A stretch of 64,000 nt of DNA, taken from the NCBI GenBank assembly GCA_009914755.4, contig CP068257.2:26304001-26368000 (forward strand), given 5' to 3'. Position numbers and translations under genes: made by a program. The notes below the pieces were generated by a model. The model had not been told where the DNA came from. It saw only the letters and a program-made list of their open reading frames with translations, and made no database searches. Position 1 is the stretch's first letter; each line of letters starts with the position of its first letter. The stretch is from the human T2T-CHM13v2.0 reference genome, Homo sapiens. Below, piece by piece: positions 17,004 through 33,582 of the stretch.

Positions 17004-17620
17004 AAATCCTCAGAACACACAGATTAGATTCCCGGCAGATTATAGACGTAAAAGATAAAAACTAACGTCTTACAAGAAAACATAAGCAATGTATTTGATC
17101 TGAATGTAAAGAAAAATGTCTTAAACAAGGTGCAGTAAGTGCAAAGCATAAAAAAGTTTATAAATTTGACATTAAAATTAAAAACTTCTGTGTATCAAAG
17201 CATCCTGAAGAAAAAGTAAACACACACACAGAATCAAGGAAGAATATGTTTTCAAAATCTGTAACTAACTCCTACAAATCAATAACAAATAAGCTTTGCA
17301 ACCCCCAAAATGAGCAAAAATAAGGAGAAATCAGCAGCGTGCTGAAGAGGAAGCATAAAATGTGAAAAATTGTAGGATAAGTTGATCAACGTCTTATGCT
17401 GCTGGTGAGGATATAATATGGCATAACCATTTTGAAGACGCACTTTTGCATTATCTTGTAAATTTGAAAATATACATCATCTATGACCTAGCAAGTACAC
17501 TATTAAATAAATGTCCTGGCAAAACTTCTGCTCACAGCGTAACATGAGTATTGATTCTTCTATTCTTCTAACAGCATCATTGGGTCACTCAGTAGTGTTT
17601 CACTGGTGACTGGTTTCATC
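17000..17620 (+). mobile_element. Old L1M ORF2 fragment, sense
   Basis: gacattaaaattaaaaacttctgtgtatcaaagcatcc ... aatctgtaactaactcctacaaatcaataacaaataag ... tgctggtgaggatataatatggcataaccattttgaag parallels L1M ORF2 (ttcatcaaaattaaaaacttctgtgcatcaaagga...aactcctacaactcaataacaaaaag...tgctggtgggaatgtaaaatggtacagccactttggaa). Confidence 0.6.
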
Positions 17621-17621
17621 T

Positions 17622-18879
17622 GAAATTTTTTATAAAGTTTATTTTAGGTTCAGGGGTACATGTGCAGGGTTGTTATATAGAAAAAACTCGTGTCACTGGG
17701 TTTTTTGTACAGATTATTTCATCATGTAAACTTAGTACTCAATTGTTACTTTTTCTGATCCTCTCCCTCTTTCCACCCTCCACCCCCAAGTAGGCTCTAG
17801 TGTCTGTTGTTCCCTTCTTGTGTTTTCATCATTTAGCTCCCATTTATAAGTGAGGATATGCTATATTTGGTTTTCTGTTCCTATGTTAGTTTTCTAAGGA
17901 TAATGGCCTCCAGCTCCATCCATGTTCATACAAAGGACATGACCTCATTCTTTTTTTATGGATGCATAGTATTCTATGGTGCATATGTGCTTATGTGTAC
18001 CACATTTTCTTTATTCAGTCTACCAGTGATGGGCACTTATATTGATTCCATGTCTTTGCTGTAGTGAATAGTGCTGCAATGAACATACATGCCCATGTGT
18101 CTTAATGGTAGAATTATTTACATTTCTTGGTATATACCCAGTAATGGGATTCCTGAGTCTAATGGTAGTTCTGGTTTTAGCTCTTTGAAGAATCATCATA
18201 CTGCTTTCTGCAATGATTGAACTAATTTACACTCCCACCAACAGTATATAAGTGTTCCCTTTTCTCTGCAACCTCTCCAGCACCTACTATTTTTTTACTT
18301 TTTGATAATAGCCATTCTGACTGGTATGAGATAACATCTCATTGTGGTTTTTATTTGCATTTTTCTGATGACAAATGATTTCAGCTTTTTTTTTCATATG
18401 CTTGTTGGCTTCATGTATATCTTCTTTTGAAAAGTGTCTGTTCACATCATTTGCCCACTTTTAAATGGGGCTGTTTGTTTCTTCCTTATAAATTTATTTA
18501 CTTTCCTTAAACAAATTAAAAAAATTAAAAAGCTGGATATTAGACCATTGTCAGATGCATAGTTTGCAAATATTTTATCCCATTCTGTAAGTTGTCTGTT
18601 TACTCATTGATAACTTCTTTTGCTGTGTAGAAACTCTTTAATTTAATTAGATTCTATTTGTCAAGTTTTGTTTCTGTTGCAGTTGTTTTTGGCATCTTCG
18701 TTGTGAAATTTTAGCCAATTCCTGTGTCCAGAATGGTATTTCCTAGGTTGTCTTCCAAGGTTTTTATAGTTTTGAGAACTACATTTAAGTGTTCATTCCA
18801 TCTTGAGTTGATTTTTGTATATTGGACAAGTAAGGGGTCCAGTATTAATCTTCTACATATGGTTAGCCAGTTACCTTAG
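17622..18879 (-). mobile_element. Primate L1 (L1PB/older L1PA-like) 3' UTR and ORF2 3' end, antisense; 5'-truncated element continues at 19899 after an LTR insertion
   Basis: ttaggttcaggggtacatgtgcagggttgttatatag ... ctcccatttataagtgaggatatgctatatttggttttctgttcctatgttagttttctaaggataatggcctccagctccatccatg ... gttcattccatcttgagttgatttttgtatattggacaagtaaggggtccag ... ctacatatggttagccagtt is the reverse complement of the L1 3' end. Confidence 0.85.
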
Positions 18880-19898
18880 TGTTGCAGAAAGTTCAGGGAC
18901 CCCAAACGGAGGGACCGGCTGGAGCCGTGGCAGAGAAATATGAATTGTGAAAATTTCATGGACATTTATCAGTTCCCAAATAACACTTTTATAATTTTTT
19001 ATGCCTGTCTTTACTTTAATCTCTTAATCCTGTTATCTTCGTAAGCTGAGGATATATGTCACCTCAGGACCACTGTGATAATTGTGTTAACTGTACACAT
19101 TGATTGTAAAACATATGTGTTTGAACAATAAGAAATCAGTGCACCTTGAAAAAGAACAGTATAACAGCAATATTTAGGGAACAAGGGAAAACAACCATAA
19201 GGTCTGACTGCCTGTGGGATAGGGCAAAAAGAGCCATATTTTTCTTCTTGCAGAGAGCCTATAAACAGACATGCTAGTAGGAGAGATATTGCTAAATTCT
19301 TTTCCTAGCAAGGAATATTAATATTAATACCCTGGGAAAGGAATGCATTCCTGGGGGGAGGTCTATAAACGACCACTCTGAGAGTGCCTGTCTTATACAG
19401 TTGAGATAAAGACTGAGATACGCCCTGGTCTCCTGCAGTACCCTCAGGCTTATTAGGGTGGGGAAGAAACTCTGCCCTGGTAAATTTGTGGTCAGAACGG
19501 TTCTCTGTTCTTGAACCCTGTTTTCTGTTGTTTAAGATGTTTATCAAGACAATACATGCACAGCTGAACATAGACCTTTATCAGTTGTTCTGCTTTGTCT
19601 TTGTCCTGTTCCCTCAGAAGCATGTGATCTTTGCTCTGCTTTTTGCCCTTTGAAGCATGTGATCTTTGTACCTACTCCCTGTTTTACACCCCTTCCCCTT
19701 TTGAAACCCTTAATAAAAAACTTTCTGGTTTGAGCCTCAGGTGAGCATCATGGTCCTACCGACATGTGATGTCACCCCCAGCGGCCCAGCTGTAAAATTC
19801 CTCTCTTTGTACTCTTTCTCTTTATTTCTCAGCCAGCTGACACTTATGGAAAATAGAAAGAACCTACATTGAAATATTGGGGTTGGGTTCCCCCGATA
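18880..19898 (+). mobile_element. Solo ERV LTR of about 1.0 kb, family not assignable by eye, inserted in L1 ORF2 with a ~6-bp TSD
   Basis: Starts tgttgcagaaagttcagggaccccaaacgg; internal AATAAA (cccttaataaaaaactttctgg); tandem duplication of gaagcatgtgatctttg; L1 resumes on the far side; flanking ccttag / ccctag. Confidence 0.6.
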
Positions 19899-20544
19899 CC
19901 CTAGTACCGTTTATTAAATAGGAAGTTCATTCCCCACTGCTCATTTTTGTCAACTTTTTTGAAAATCAGATACGTAGTTATAGGTGTATGGCTTATTTCT
20001 GGGCTCTCTAGTCTGTTCCATTGATCTATGTGTCTGCTTTTGTACCATGAGGTCCATGTTGTACCAACAGGTCCACGTTGTACCAACAGGACCAAGCTGT
20101 TTTAGTTACTACAGCCCTGTAGTATAGTTTGAAGTCGAGGAACGTGATGCCTCCTGTTTTGTTGATTTTGTTTAGGATTGCCTTGGATATTCAAGTTCTT
20201 TTCTGGTTCCATATAAATTTTAAAATAGTTTTTTTCTAGTTCTGTAAATAATATCATTGGTAGTTGGATAGGAATAGTATTGATTTTGTAAATTGCTTTG
20301 GACAGTATGACCATTTTAACCATATTAATTTCTTCCTATCCATGAGCATGAAATGTTTTTCCATTTGTTTGTTTCATCTCTGATTTTTTAAGCAATGTCT
20401 GGTAATTCTCATTGTACTGATCTTTCAACTCCCTGGTTAGCTGTTCCTAAGAACTTTATTATTTTTGTGAGTATTGTGAATTGAATTGTATTTTTGACTT
20501 TGCTCTCAGCTTGGCTGTTTTTGGTGTATAGGAATGCTAGTAAC
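19899..20544 (-). mobile_element. L1 ORF2, antisense; same element as 17622-18879
   Basis: accgtttattaaataggaagttcattccccactgc ... ccattgatctatgtgtctgcttttgtaccatg ... ctgtagtatagtttgaagtcgaggaacgtgatgcctcc ... ccatattaatttcttcctatccatgagcatgaaatgtttttccatttgtttg. Confidence 0.85.
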
Positions 20545-20853
20545 TTTTTTTTTTTTTTTTTTTTTTTTTTTGAGACAAGATCTTGCTCTGTTTCCCAGGC
20601 TGGAGTACAGTGGCAAGATCGTGGCTCACTACAGCCTCTGCCTCCCAAGTTCAAGCAATCCTCCCATCTCAGCTAACCCAGTAGGTGGTAACACAGGTAC
20701 ATGCCACCACATCCACCTAATTTTTTATTTTTTGTAGAGACAAGGTATCACCATGTTTTTCAGGGTGGTCTTGGGCTCCTGGGTTCAAGCAATCCACCCA
20801 CCTCAGCCTCCCAAAGTGCTGGGATTACAGGCATGAGACACTACACCTGGCTG
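20545..20853 (-). mobile_element. Alu (older, AluJ/Sx-like), antisense, with an 11-bp TSD
   Basis: T27 then gagacaagatcttgctctgtttcccaggctggagtacagtggcaagatcgtggctcactacagcctctgcctcccaagttcaagcaatcctcc ... gctgggattacaggcatgagacactacacctggct; TSD ggaatgctagt on both sides. Confidence 0.92.
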
Positions 20854-21639
<786 letters not shown>

Positions 21640-22100
21640 AAATCACGTTTATTAATTTGCATATGTTAAACCAACTTTGCATCTCAGGGATAAAGCTAAC
21701 TTGATCATGATGGACTAACTTTTTGTTGTGCTGCTGGATGTGTTTCGCTAGTGTTTTTTTGTTGAAGATTTTTTCATCAATGTCCATCAAAGATATTGGC
21801 CTGAAGTTTTCTTTTACTGTTGTGTTTCTGTCAGACTTTAATATCAGGATGATGCTGGCCTCAAAGAATAAGTTGGGGAGGAGTCCTTCCTTCTCATTTT
21901 TTTCAAATAGTTTCAGTAGAAACGTTACCAGCTCTTCTTTGTACAGCTGGTAGAATTTGTCTATGAATCTGTCTGGTCCTGGGCTTTTATTTGGTTGGTA
22001 AGCTATTTATTACTGATTCAGTTTTAGAGATCATTGCAGGTGTGTTCAGGAATTTAGTTTCTTTCTGGTTCAGTCTTGGGAGGGTGTATGTGTCCTTTAT
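21640..22100 (-). mobile_element. L1 ORF2, antisense, continued; 5' truncation near 22100
   Basis: ccaactttgcatctcagggataaagctaacttgatcatgatggactaactttttgttgtgctgctggatgtgtttcgctagtg ... tatcaggatgatgctggcctcaaagaataagttgggg ... ccagctcttctttgtacagctggtagaatttg. Confidence 0.8.
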
Positions 22101-22438
22101 CAGGACTTTTTGTTAAGACTTCACTCACATGCCTGGTCTCTTAATGGGGCAGTTGAAGGCTGGCCTCTGATGAATGGGCTTCTGTCTCTCTAAATGTAGT
22201 CTTACAGCCTTTCCATAAAGTCCCTTAGCAGAGAAGTCAGACTACCCTTTGAGTGTATAGAGACTACATTGCAGCTTAGGTCTTCTATATATCAAAGCAG
22301 AAACTGCAAATCCTCTTTGAAGCTAGATCTGAAACTGGCATAACTTCATTTTCTCTACATTCAACTGATTAAAGGCATCACAGGTCAGTCTAGTTCAAGA
22401 AGAGGAAATAGTTCAAATCTTGTACTGGAAGATTATGA

Positions 22439-22748
<310 letters not shown>

Positions 22749-22934
22749 AGAATTTACAGATATTTTTAAGCCACAGAATGTTCATGACAGTCTTGCTCAT
22801 AACAATAACATGAGAACAACTTAAATGTCCATCTGTGAAAAAAATCTCATAGCTCACAAAATGAAACACTACATAACAGTGAAAATTCACTGAAGGCATT
22901 ATATGTTGTCAAACAGATGAATCTTAGGAACAAT

Positions 22935-23776
22935 TTTGTTGTTGTTTTTAACGTAAAAAGTTTTTTTCAATACAACACATTCTTATTAACTATAGTCACC
23001 ATGTTGTACAATAGATCTCTTGAATGAATTCCTCATATGTAACTGAAATTTTGTATCCTTTGACTAATATCTCCCCAACCCCTTTTCCACAAGCCCCTGA
23101 TAGCCGTCATTCTAGTCTCTACTTTTATGAGTTCAACTTTTTAAAATTTGACGCGTAAATAAGACTATGCAGTATTTGTCTTTCTTTCTTTGGCTTATTT
23201 CACTTAGCCTGATGTAGTCCGGTTTCATCTATATTGTTGCAAATGTAAGATTTCCCTTTCCTTTTATGGGAAAATAGTATTCCCTTGTGTATATACACCA
23301 CAATTTCTTTATCCATTCATCTGTTGATGGACACTTACTTAGATTGGTTTCTTATCTTGGCTGTTGTGAATAATGCTGCAATGAACAATGACGTGAAGAT
23401 CTCTTTCTGATATGTTGATTTCACTTCCTTTAGATATACACTTAGTAAGTAAATAGCTGCAACATATAGTAATTCTATTTTTAATTTTTTGAGGATCCTC
23501 TATATTGCTTTTCATAGTGGGTGCACTAATTTACATTCCTACCAACAATGTGCAAAGACTACCTTTTCTCCACAGCTGCACCTATTGTTATCATTCATCT
23601 TGATAATAGCCATTTTAGCAGGTGCAATTTCTCATCAGGAATTTTTTCCTAATATCTCAGACTTGGAAATTTGCATTTATCTGATGATTAGTGATGTTGC
23701 ACACTTACTTACATACCTGTTAACCATTTGTATATCTCCTTTTGAGTGAAGTCTGTCCAGATATTTTACCCATTTA
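22935..23776 (-). mobile_element. L1M 3' end (ORF2 end and 3' UTR), antisense; a short sense-orientation L1M-like piece may lie just upstream at ~22780-22930
   Basis: ggcttatttcacttagcctgatgtagtccggtttcatctatattgttgcaaatgtaagatttccctttccttttatgggaaaatagtattcccttgtgtatatacaccacaatttctttatccattcatctgttgatggacacttac ... ttttaattttttgaggatcctctatattgcttttcatagtgggtgcactaatttacattcctaccaacaatgtgcaaag. Confidence 0.75.
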
Positions 23777-24095
<319 letters not shown>

Positions 24096-24590
24096 TTTTG
24101 CCCATTTTTAATTGTTTGTTTACTATTGAGTTGCTTGAGTCCCTTATGTATTTTGGATAGTGGCTCCTTATCAGATAGGTGGTTTGCAAATATTTTCTGC
24201 CATTCCATAGGTTTTCTCTTCACTCTGCTGATTGTTTCTTTGGCTGTGCAATAGCTTTCTATTTGATGTGATCCTATTTGTCTATTTTTGCTTTCGTTGC
24301 TTAGGAATGTTATAAGTCCTTCAATTAATCTTCAAGTTTTAGACCCTTTAAAAAAAAACATTCTTTTTGAGCCGTTAAAATATGCTTTGCAGAAGACTGG
24401 TACCAGCTGCTTGGAAATTTCCTCCTATATTCCTTCAGTCTTCAGTCATTTCTGCTCAGCTTCATTTATGCTCATGGTCTCATCATCCACCTCCAGAATG
24501 TTTTTAAAATCCTTCATACATTGATGGTATTTCTTATTTCTCTTCTCATCTGCATTTTATTTCACAGGGCTCTGTGATGATTGTGTGTGT
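24096..24590 (-). mobile_element. L1M ORF2, antisense; continuation of 22935-23776 past the Alu
   Basis: ggtttgcaaatattttctgccattccataggttttctcttcactctgctgattgtttctttggctgtgcaatagctttctatttgatgtgatcctatttgtctatttttgctttcgttgc (L1 consensus: tttgcaaatattttctcccattctgtaggttgtctgtttactctg...). Confidence 0.7.
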
Positions 24591-25386
24591 ATAGCTAATT
24601 GTCCTGTGCAATAGGTTTTATGTATGCATTTTCTGAATTACAACCATGAGAATACTGGAGCCAAGATAATGGGATCCAAAATTGACAAATCTCAATTCAC
24701 ATCGTTTTGCACTCCTTAAAAGGAAAGGACTTAATAAATGTTAGTAACCTGTACACAATATTTATGCACAATTTGCTAGTTTTGAATTATAGAGAATGGC
24801 AGTCAAAAAAGGGGAACATAATCTGTTCGTTATTTTGGTTTCTTCAAATATATGTTAAAAATTTTAAATGAACATTCTAATGATAAAATATTTTAATTTT
24901 AGAAGAGTGTTATCTTGGGACTTTTAGGCCCTGTAATGTCTCTTGGAATTCAAAAGCTTTTGCATAATAATGTTTTGATGAGTTTAAGTGTAAATGTAAA
25001 TAAAAAAATAATAAGGATTAAATTTTCTTTGACACATATGTGAAAATTTTGAGAAAAAACATGTCTGGCACATATGTTCTGGAGTCAGTAAAACAGGAAC
25101 TATGAGCAAATTGTCCCAAAGTAGTTCACAAAACACAAAATCCACAAGAAAAGGGTATCCAATTCACCCCGCAAAACAGAGGACAAACGTGTATTACTAA
25201 ATTAACAGAGGTAGATCCATATATTTTATTTGTTTCCTTGGGAATATAGAATGTCTTAAAAGTTGAATCTCAATAAATCAGTTTTATGCAGTGTTCTGAT
25301 ATGTTATACTCATTTTGCTTCTAAAACCTTCTAGAATCCTGTATAAGACTAGTTAACCAATTGGGAACAATGTTAGCAAATATTTC

Positions 25387-25416
25387 CACACACACACACA
25401 CACACACACACGCACA
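25387..25416. repeat. (CA)n microsatellite
   Basis: cacacacacacacacacacacacgcaca. Confidence 0.95.
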
Positions 25417-26159
25417 GATGGCCAGAGTTTTGCTTAAACATCTTTCTATTGCAGTCAGAACTATTCCTTCATAGAGAAACTAATGTGTATATTTTTAATA
25501 ACAGGTTTATATTATTGAAATGACTGTCACACATGCTGACCCAGAGGCTGTGAGGACAATAGCAGTCCTACAGTTGTACAGAATTTAAAAAGGAATGAAA
25601 TATTTTATATCAAATATGAACTTGGTTGTACTTGTTGCAATAGATGAACTTAATTTAAAGCCAAAAGCATATTTCAATTCCCTTATTTCCTAACACAAAG
25701 TAAAAGAGGCAGATGGATACTGTCATATAAGAACAAGTTTGACCAAAATGGTCTTAACTGAAGGTTAATGATAATAAATTAAATTAAATGTAAACAACCA
25801 AATGAAACTGAATGTTCTGCCAGAAGCAGCAAAAATATATCTCAGAGTAATAAACCATAACATCTTCAGGAAAGTTCCCAGGGAAACAGTCTTAATTCTC
25901 TCAGCAGGTACTACCTATATTAAAGGGTTTTTTTCTAGCATGAAGTTTATAATTTGTAACTGCTAATGAATCAGATTATATTTGCCAGGTTCATCCAGTA
26001 AATTACTGTTGTTGTTGCTGTTGCTGTTCTTGTTATTTTATGAACACAGCATTGGAGAGAGAAGTTAGAAAATGGGTGCTTATGACCAAAACACATTTTA
26101 AGGTCAGTTCACTTCAAGACAGCAAAATGGATTCAAGATCTTCTTTAAAATGAGGAATT

Positions 26160-26575
26160 GTTTTAGTCTGCTTTGCTGTTGCTATAGCAGGATACCTGAG
26201 ACTGGGTAGTTTAAAAAGAAGAGAAATTTATTTCTTAGAGTTCTAAAAAAAAAAGTCGAAGTTCCAGGGGCTCATATCTGGTGAGGGCCTTCTTGCGCAT
26301 CATCCCACGGAAGAAGGCAGAAGGGAAAGAAAGGATGTAAGAGTGAAAATGCACAAGAGGGCCAAGCTTGCTTTCATAACAAGCCCACTCTTGCAATAAT
26401 TAACCCATTCCTGTGAGACCAACACTAATCCATTGATGAGGTCTCTGCCGTCATGACCTAATCACTTCCTACTAGACCCTACTTTCCAACCCTGTTGCAT
26501 TAGGGGTTAAGTTTCTAACACATGAATTATGGGAGAGACATTCAAACCATAGCAGGAATCTCTTTTTCTAATTAT
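26160..26575 (-). mobile_element. MaLR LTR (MLT1-like), antisense
   Basis: Architecture and motifs parallel antisense THE1/MST/MLT1 LTRs: gcaggatacctgagactgggtagtttaaaaagaagagaaatttatttcttagagttctaaaa...gaagttccaggggctcatatctggtgagggccttcttgcgcatcatcccacggaagaaggcag...cattcctgtgagaccaacactaatccattgatgaggtctctgccgtcatgacctaatcacttcc...ttaggggttaagtttctaacacatgaattatgggagagacattcaaaccatagca. Confidence 0.55.
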
Positions 26576-28372
26576 TGCTAATTTTCAAAAGTGAGGGCTA
26601 TCTACCTTCTCTACAAACAGGAATTACAGACTTTAGACTGAACACAGTGTCACAATGTGGTAATGATCAAATGCTGTTCATATTAAAATCACTTGAGAGA
26701 AACGTTAAATATACAGATTCCTGAGCATCAGTCCAGGTTCAGCCAGATACTGAATCAGAATCTGCTGTGTTGGGGCTCAGGAATCATTAATTTGTAGAGC
26801 CACATTTGGAAGCTACTGCCTTGAAAGACATAGAAAGGAGGGACTTATCTCTTACTTTTCCTCAGGATCTTTTCTGAATTTGCAGATATTTGGGCTAGGA
26901 CAAACATCACATATCTTCAAGGGAGAATTGTAGTATAAACATCAGGAACAGGTGCCTACACAAGATTGTCCCCTCCTGCCTAAATTTACTTGATGCTACT
27001 TGTAATCCAGATGCTTATGCAAAGATGCTTGTGGGTTTAGGAACCATTTGCAGAGAACAAAGAGAAAGAACTAATATATAGAGAATACATTATGCATCAG
27101 ATACTTATTACTTTTATGTACCTTATATAAGTAAAACCTCCATCACACATACTGGAATGCGTCATTAGTATTATTCACATTGTACAAATGAGGATTGCAA
27201 CAGAGAGAAGAATGAGACATTCAAACTAGGCCATGAGGCATGCAAATGGCACAGCTGGGATTCAAACTTAGCTCCAACTCTTCCAAAAATAGCAGGAGAG
27301 TCAGAATCTGTTTCATTTCTTTTACCTTTCAATATCTACAATATGAATATACTGGTCAAATATAATGAAACTTCATTTATTAGATACAGTTGGGGGAGAG
27401 ACAGGCATATCTTTTCTAATACATTGGGAAATCTGAAATATGTGATCACCAGAATAAGGGATCTGCATGATACCACAGTCTCCATCTGATGTAGTTTAAT
27501 TTTAGGAAATGTATGATCGATGTGTCAATGTTCTGATTCTCTCTTATTATGAATTTATCATAGTATTAATAGTTGAATCATTAAAATCCTAAGCCTTGAT
27601 TTAGCATCTTGTATTAATTAATTGCTTTTAGCTTATTTCAAGAAAGCAAAGTGCTTCATTTATTGAAGAAAATCTACAAAACAGTTATTTTTTAAAATTG
27701 AAGATTGCAAAATTGTTAAATATATAATATAGTTGTTGCCTTTATTTGCTTCTTCCATAAATGTAATTTTTATGAGATGTTTCATAAAAATATTCTGGAA
27801 TTCAAAGCAAAGCACTATACGTAAAGTTACAAGCAAGTGGAAGGCAAGATGTTTCAACAGTTTTGTACTCAGCCATTTATGACCAACTCCAACGGTCACT
27901 GCAATCCTGACATTTCAGAGAAAACGAAAATGTTTCTGTCCATACTGGCCCTTTACTTTTTCTAGTCATTTATTCAGCAACATCTGTTTGCTGCTGTTAA
28001 TTAAACATTGAACAAGTAGCTATTGGCTTACTTGGAAAAAGCCTGGAGGTCAACTTTACACACTGGACTTCTATAAATTCTGTGAAAAGAAAAATCAGAT
28101 CTCATTTATTTCAAGCTCAATTTCATCAATCACAGGGTCTGGCATGAAACTAAGGCTCTTCTAACACTCGGTAAATAAATGAGCAAGTGTGCTGGTGGGT
28201 CCTTCTGTGAATGGTATTTTTTTTCTATTCATTCTATATATTCCACTCTTCACGATTCCCAAACAAGAGACGTTACTTCTCCCTTTTGAATGAGTCAATG
28301 CAATGAGATATCACTTCATAAAATAACCTTGAAGACAAATTTAAGTGCTCTTTCTTTTAAAATGTAGATATC

Positions 28373-28889
<517 letters not shown>

Positions 28890-29408
28890 CTACAGACAGA
28901 ACACCTGGCTTTGTGGAAAGTTAGAAGGCCACACAATGCCTCAGAAAATGCATAAAATAAACTAAAACTAAGCACTAAATTCAATACTAAAACCCCTTCA
29001 TCTGGGACTCAATTAAGTTACCATTCGATTAGCATGCAACTATAATAACATATGCCTAAACTTTCCAAAAACCCACAATCTTGAAAGAAAGTGGTCCCAT
29101 GACATGCAGGTATCTGAGTTAGCAGTTCTGCTTCAATGAAGAGAAAGCAAAAAGGAAAAGGGAGCTATCATCTATTGAGCACTTAATACATTCCAGGTGC
29201 TATGAAAGGTACTTTATTTAGGTCATCTCCCTCCCTTTAAACATGAAGGAACAAATGGCAAGGTAAGAACAAATAATATTATAGGTTTCAATAAACAATA
29301 TCAATATTTTATTCATAATTATTACCTGTCTCTGGCATTCCCTATCCACCAGTCTAGAAAAATATGTGACAAAAATGAAACAAAAGAATAAAATACATTT
29401 TTTTCTAA

Positions 29409-29781
<373 letters not shown>

Positions 29782-31085
29782 AAAAGGTAGATTTCTTTTG
29801 AAAGTCTAACTGCCATCTCTTATACTCATGTTGAAATAAATTAGGAAGAACATATTAATTCTCACTTGTGTTGTCCCCTGTTTTTGCATAAAAAATAATA
29901 TTGTCTCGTGTTCTCTCAATTTCATACTTGAAAATCAGAGGGCACAGATATGAGGATACATACTGATGCTAGTCCAACTATGCTGAATACCCATATCAAA
30001 CTTGTATACCTTATATAATTTTACCCTATTAAAACATGATCATTGACCTTGGACAAGCTACTTAACAGCTCCAAGTTGAAATTTTCTCATCCGTGATATG
30101 GGTCTTTCTGTAATATGTACTTATAGAGTTGTTGAAGATATTAAATTACATAATACATGTTAATTATTTAGCACATGGTAAATACTAATGAATATAGGCT
30201 ATTTATCCTAGTTTGTACAATACCTACCCAAATGGTGAGATCTGGGAAAGAAATTTAACGGTGGTCACAGCTTACCAAAGGGATTTTCTATCCTACCAAG
30301 CTGACAAGCTCCTATCCTATACTTGCTGAGAGATGTCTGATTACTGACGGTGCACAGTTTAGGCCTAAGGAATAACTCTCGGTATATACACAAACACATC
30401 CATATGCAGCTCCATTAGAAAATATATCATTAAAATATCGGTACTTTGATTGTTTTTCCAACTAAAATATAATATTAAGTATATTTATTAACATATTTAA
30501 GTACAACATATAATAAAAATAACATGAATAATGACATAAACCTATTAAAAGATAATTAATTATTTAGGCTACTGATTTGTATACCCCCATCAATTTATAG
30601 GAACTAAACATATACAAGAAGATATTATCCTTTGGGGCATGTCTAGATTTCAAAATGAGTCTAAAGATCTCTTTTAATGTTTTTCCTGAGGAAATAAAGC
30701 ATTTTATTTTAATAAAATATTTATAAAACTGGCTGGATTATTATACATCAGGGAAGACAAGTTAGTCTTAGCTTGAATATCAATGGTGATTAATTAGCAA
30801 TGGATATGTGCTCCCCAGAGTGCCATACCATAAGGAAGTGTCTGGAACAAACCCAGATAAGGTGGGAGGTCTGAGAGCTGTATATTTGCTATACTGGCTT
30901 TTGTTTTAATTTTAAATATATATTGTCAGTCCATAGAAGCTCTAGATGAAACAAAAACGAAGTTTCCCATTTTAAATAAATACTTAAGAAAATTTAAAAA
31001 GTCGAACTAAAGGGGAAACTTTGACATAAAATTTTATGAAAATATATATTTCTTTTTTGAGGACTGTATCATTTTGGTGCACACT

Positions 31086-31930
31086 TTTTTTTTTTTTTTT
31101 TAAGATCCAGGGTACATGTGCAGGATGTGCAGGTTTGTTACATAGGTAAACGTCTGCCATGGTGATTTGCTGCACCTATCAACCTATCACCTAAGTATTA
31201 AGCCCAACATGCATTAGTTATTTTTCCTGGTGCTCTCCAATCCCCCACCGCCACCTGCCTCTAGGCCCCATTGTGTGTTGTTCCCCTCCCTGTGTCCTTG
31301 CGTTCACATTGTTCAGCTCCACTTGTAATTGAGAACATGTGATATTTGATTTTCTGTTCCTGTGTTAGTTTGTTGAGGATAATGGCTTCCAGCTCCATCC
31401 ATGTCCTTGTAAAGGAGATTATCTCATTCCTTTTTAGGGCTGCATAGTATTCCATGGTGTATATGTACCACATTTTCTTTATCCAGTCTGTCATTGATGG
31501 GCATTTCATTTAAGTCCATGTCTTTGCTATTGTGAATAGTGCTGCAATGAACATATGTGTGCATTCATCTTTATAATAGAAATGATTTATATTCCTTTGG
31601 ATATATACCCACTAATGGGATTGCTGGGTCAAATGGTATTTCTGGTTCTAGGTCTTTGAGGAATCACCACACTGTCTTCCACAATGGTTGAACTAATTTA
31701 CTTTCCCACCAACAGTATAAAATTTTTTGTATCTCTCTGCAGCTCCGCCAGCATCTGTTGTTTCATAACTTTTTAACAGTCGTCATTCTGACTGGTGTGA
31801 GATGGTATCTCACTGTGGTTCTGATTTGTACTTCTCTAATGATCAGTGATGTTGAGGGGTTTTTTTACATGTTTGTTGGCCACATAAATGTCTTCTTTTG
31901 AGGCATGTCTGTTTATGTCCTTTGCCCAAT
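31086..31930 (-). mobile_element. L1PA-type L1 3' UTR and ORF2 end, antisense; continues at 32222 after an Alu
   Basis: T16 then aagatccagggtacatgtgcaggatgtgcaggtttgttacataggtaaacgtctgccatggtgatttgctgcacctatcaacc ... ccacttgtaattgagaacatgtgatatttgattttctgttcctgtgttagtttgttgaggataatggcttccagctccatccatgtcc. Confidence 0.88.
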
Positions 31931-33095
<1,165 letters not shown>

Positions 33096-33374
33096 TTGAA
33101 TTAGTCGTAAATTGGCTGGATTTTGCATTGGTGATTTCTACATTTCTGATGACAAATGAGCAAGTTGAATTAGAGTAGATGAGTTGATGACAGTTGGTGA
33201 CACTGTTGCTTTGCACTTCTATATACTTGAATGAGCCATCTGATGTTTCAAATACTAAATGTAACCATTTATTAAATGAACTTAGCTAGACTTACATAAC
33301 CTAAGGTTTGGATGGAACCTTATAAAGATCTTGTCACCTACATTTTTTCTTCACAGATTACTACAAAGGTGGTG

Positions 33375-33412
33375 GGGGGAGAGAGAGTGAGACAGAGAGA
33401 GAGAGAGAGAGA
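33375..33412. repeat. (GA)n-rich purine microsatellite
   Basis: gggagagagagtgagacagagagagagagagagagaaatc. Confidence 0.8.
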
Positions 33413-33582
33413 AATCATAAAATCTAATGTGATTACATACATAATTTTTCCCAGCAAGTTATTATGGCTATCACTACAAGAAAGATTGCAGATTCACGTT
33501 ACATTAGTATCCTTCTTTCTGCTTAAAATAGAAATAGCACATGATTTATTTATTTAAAGGAACTTATGTATCCTATATATAA

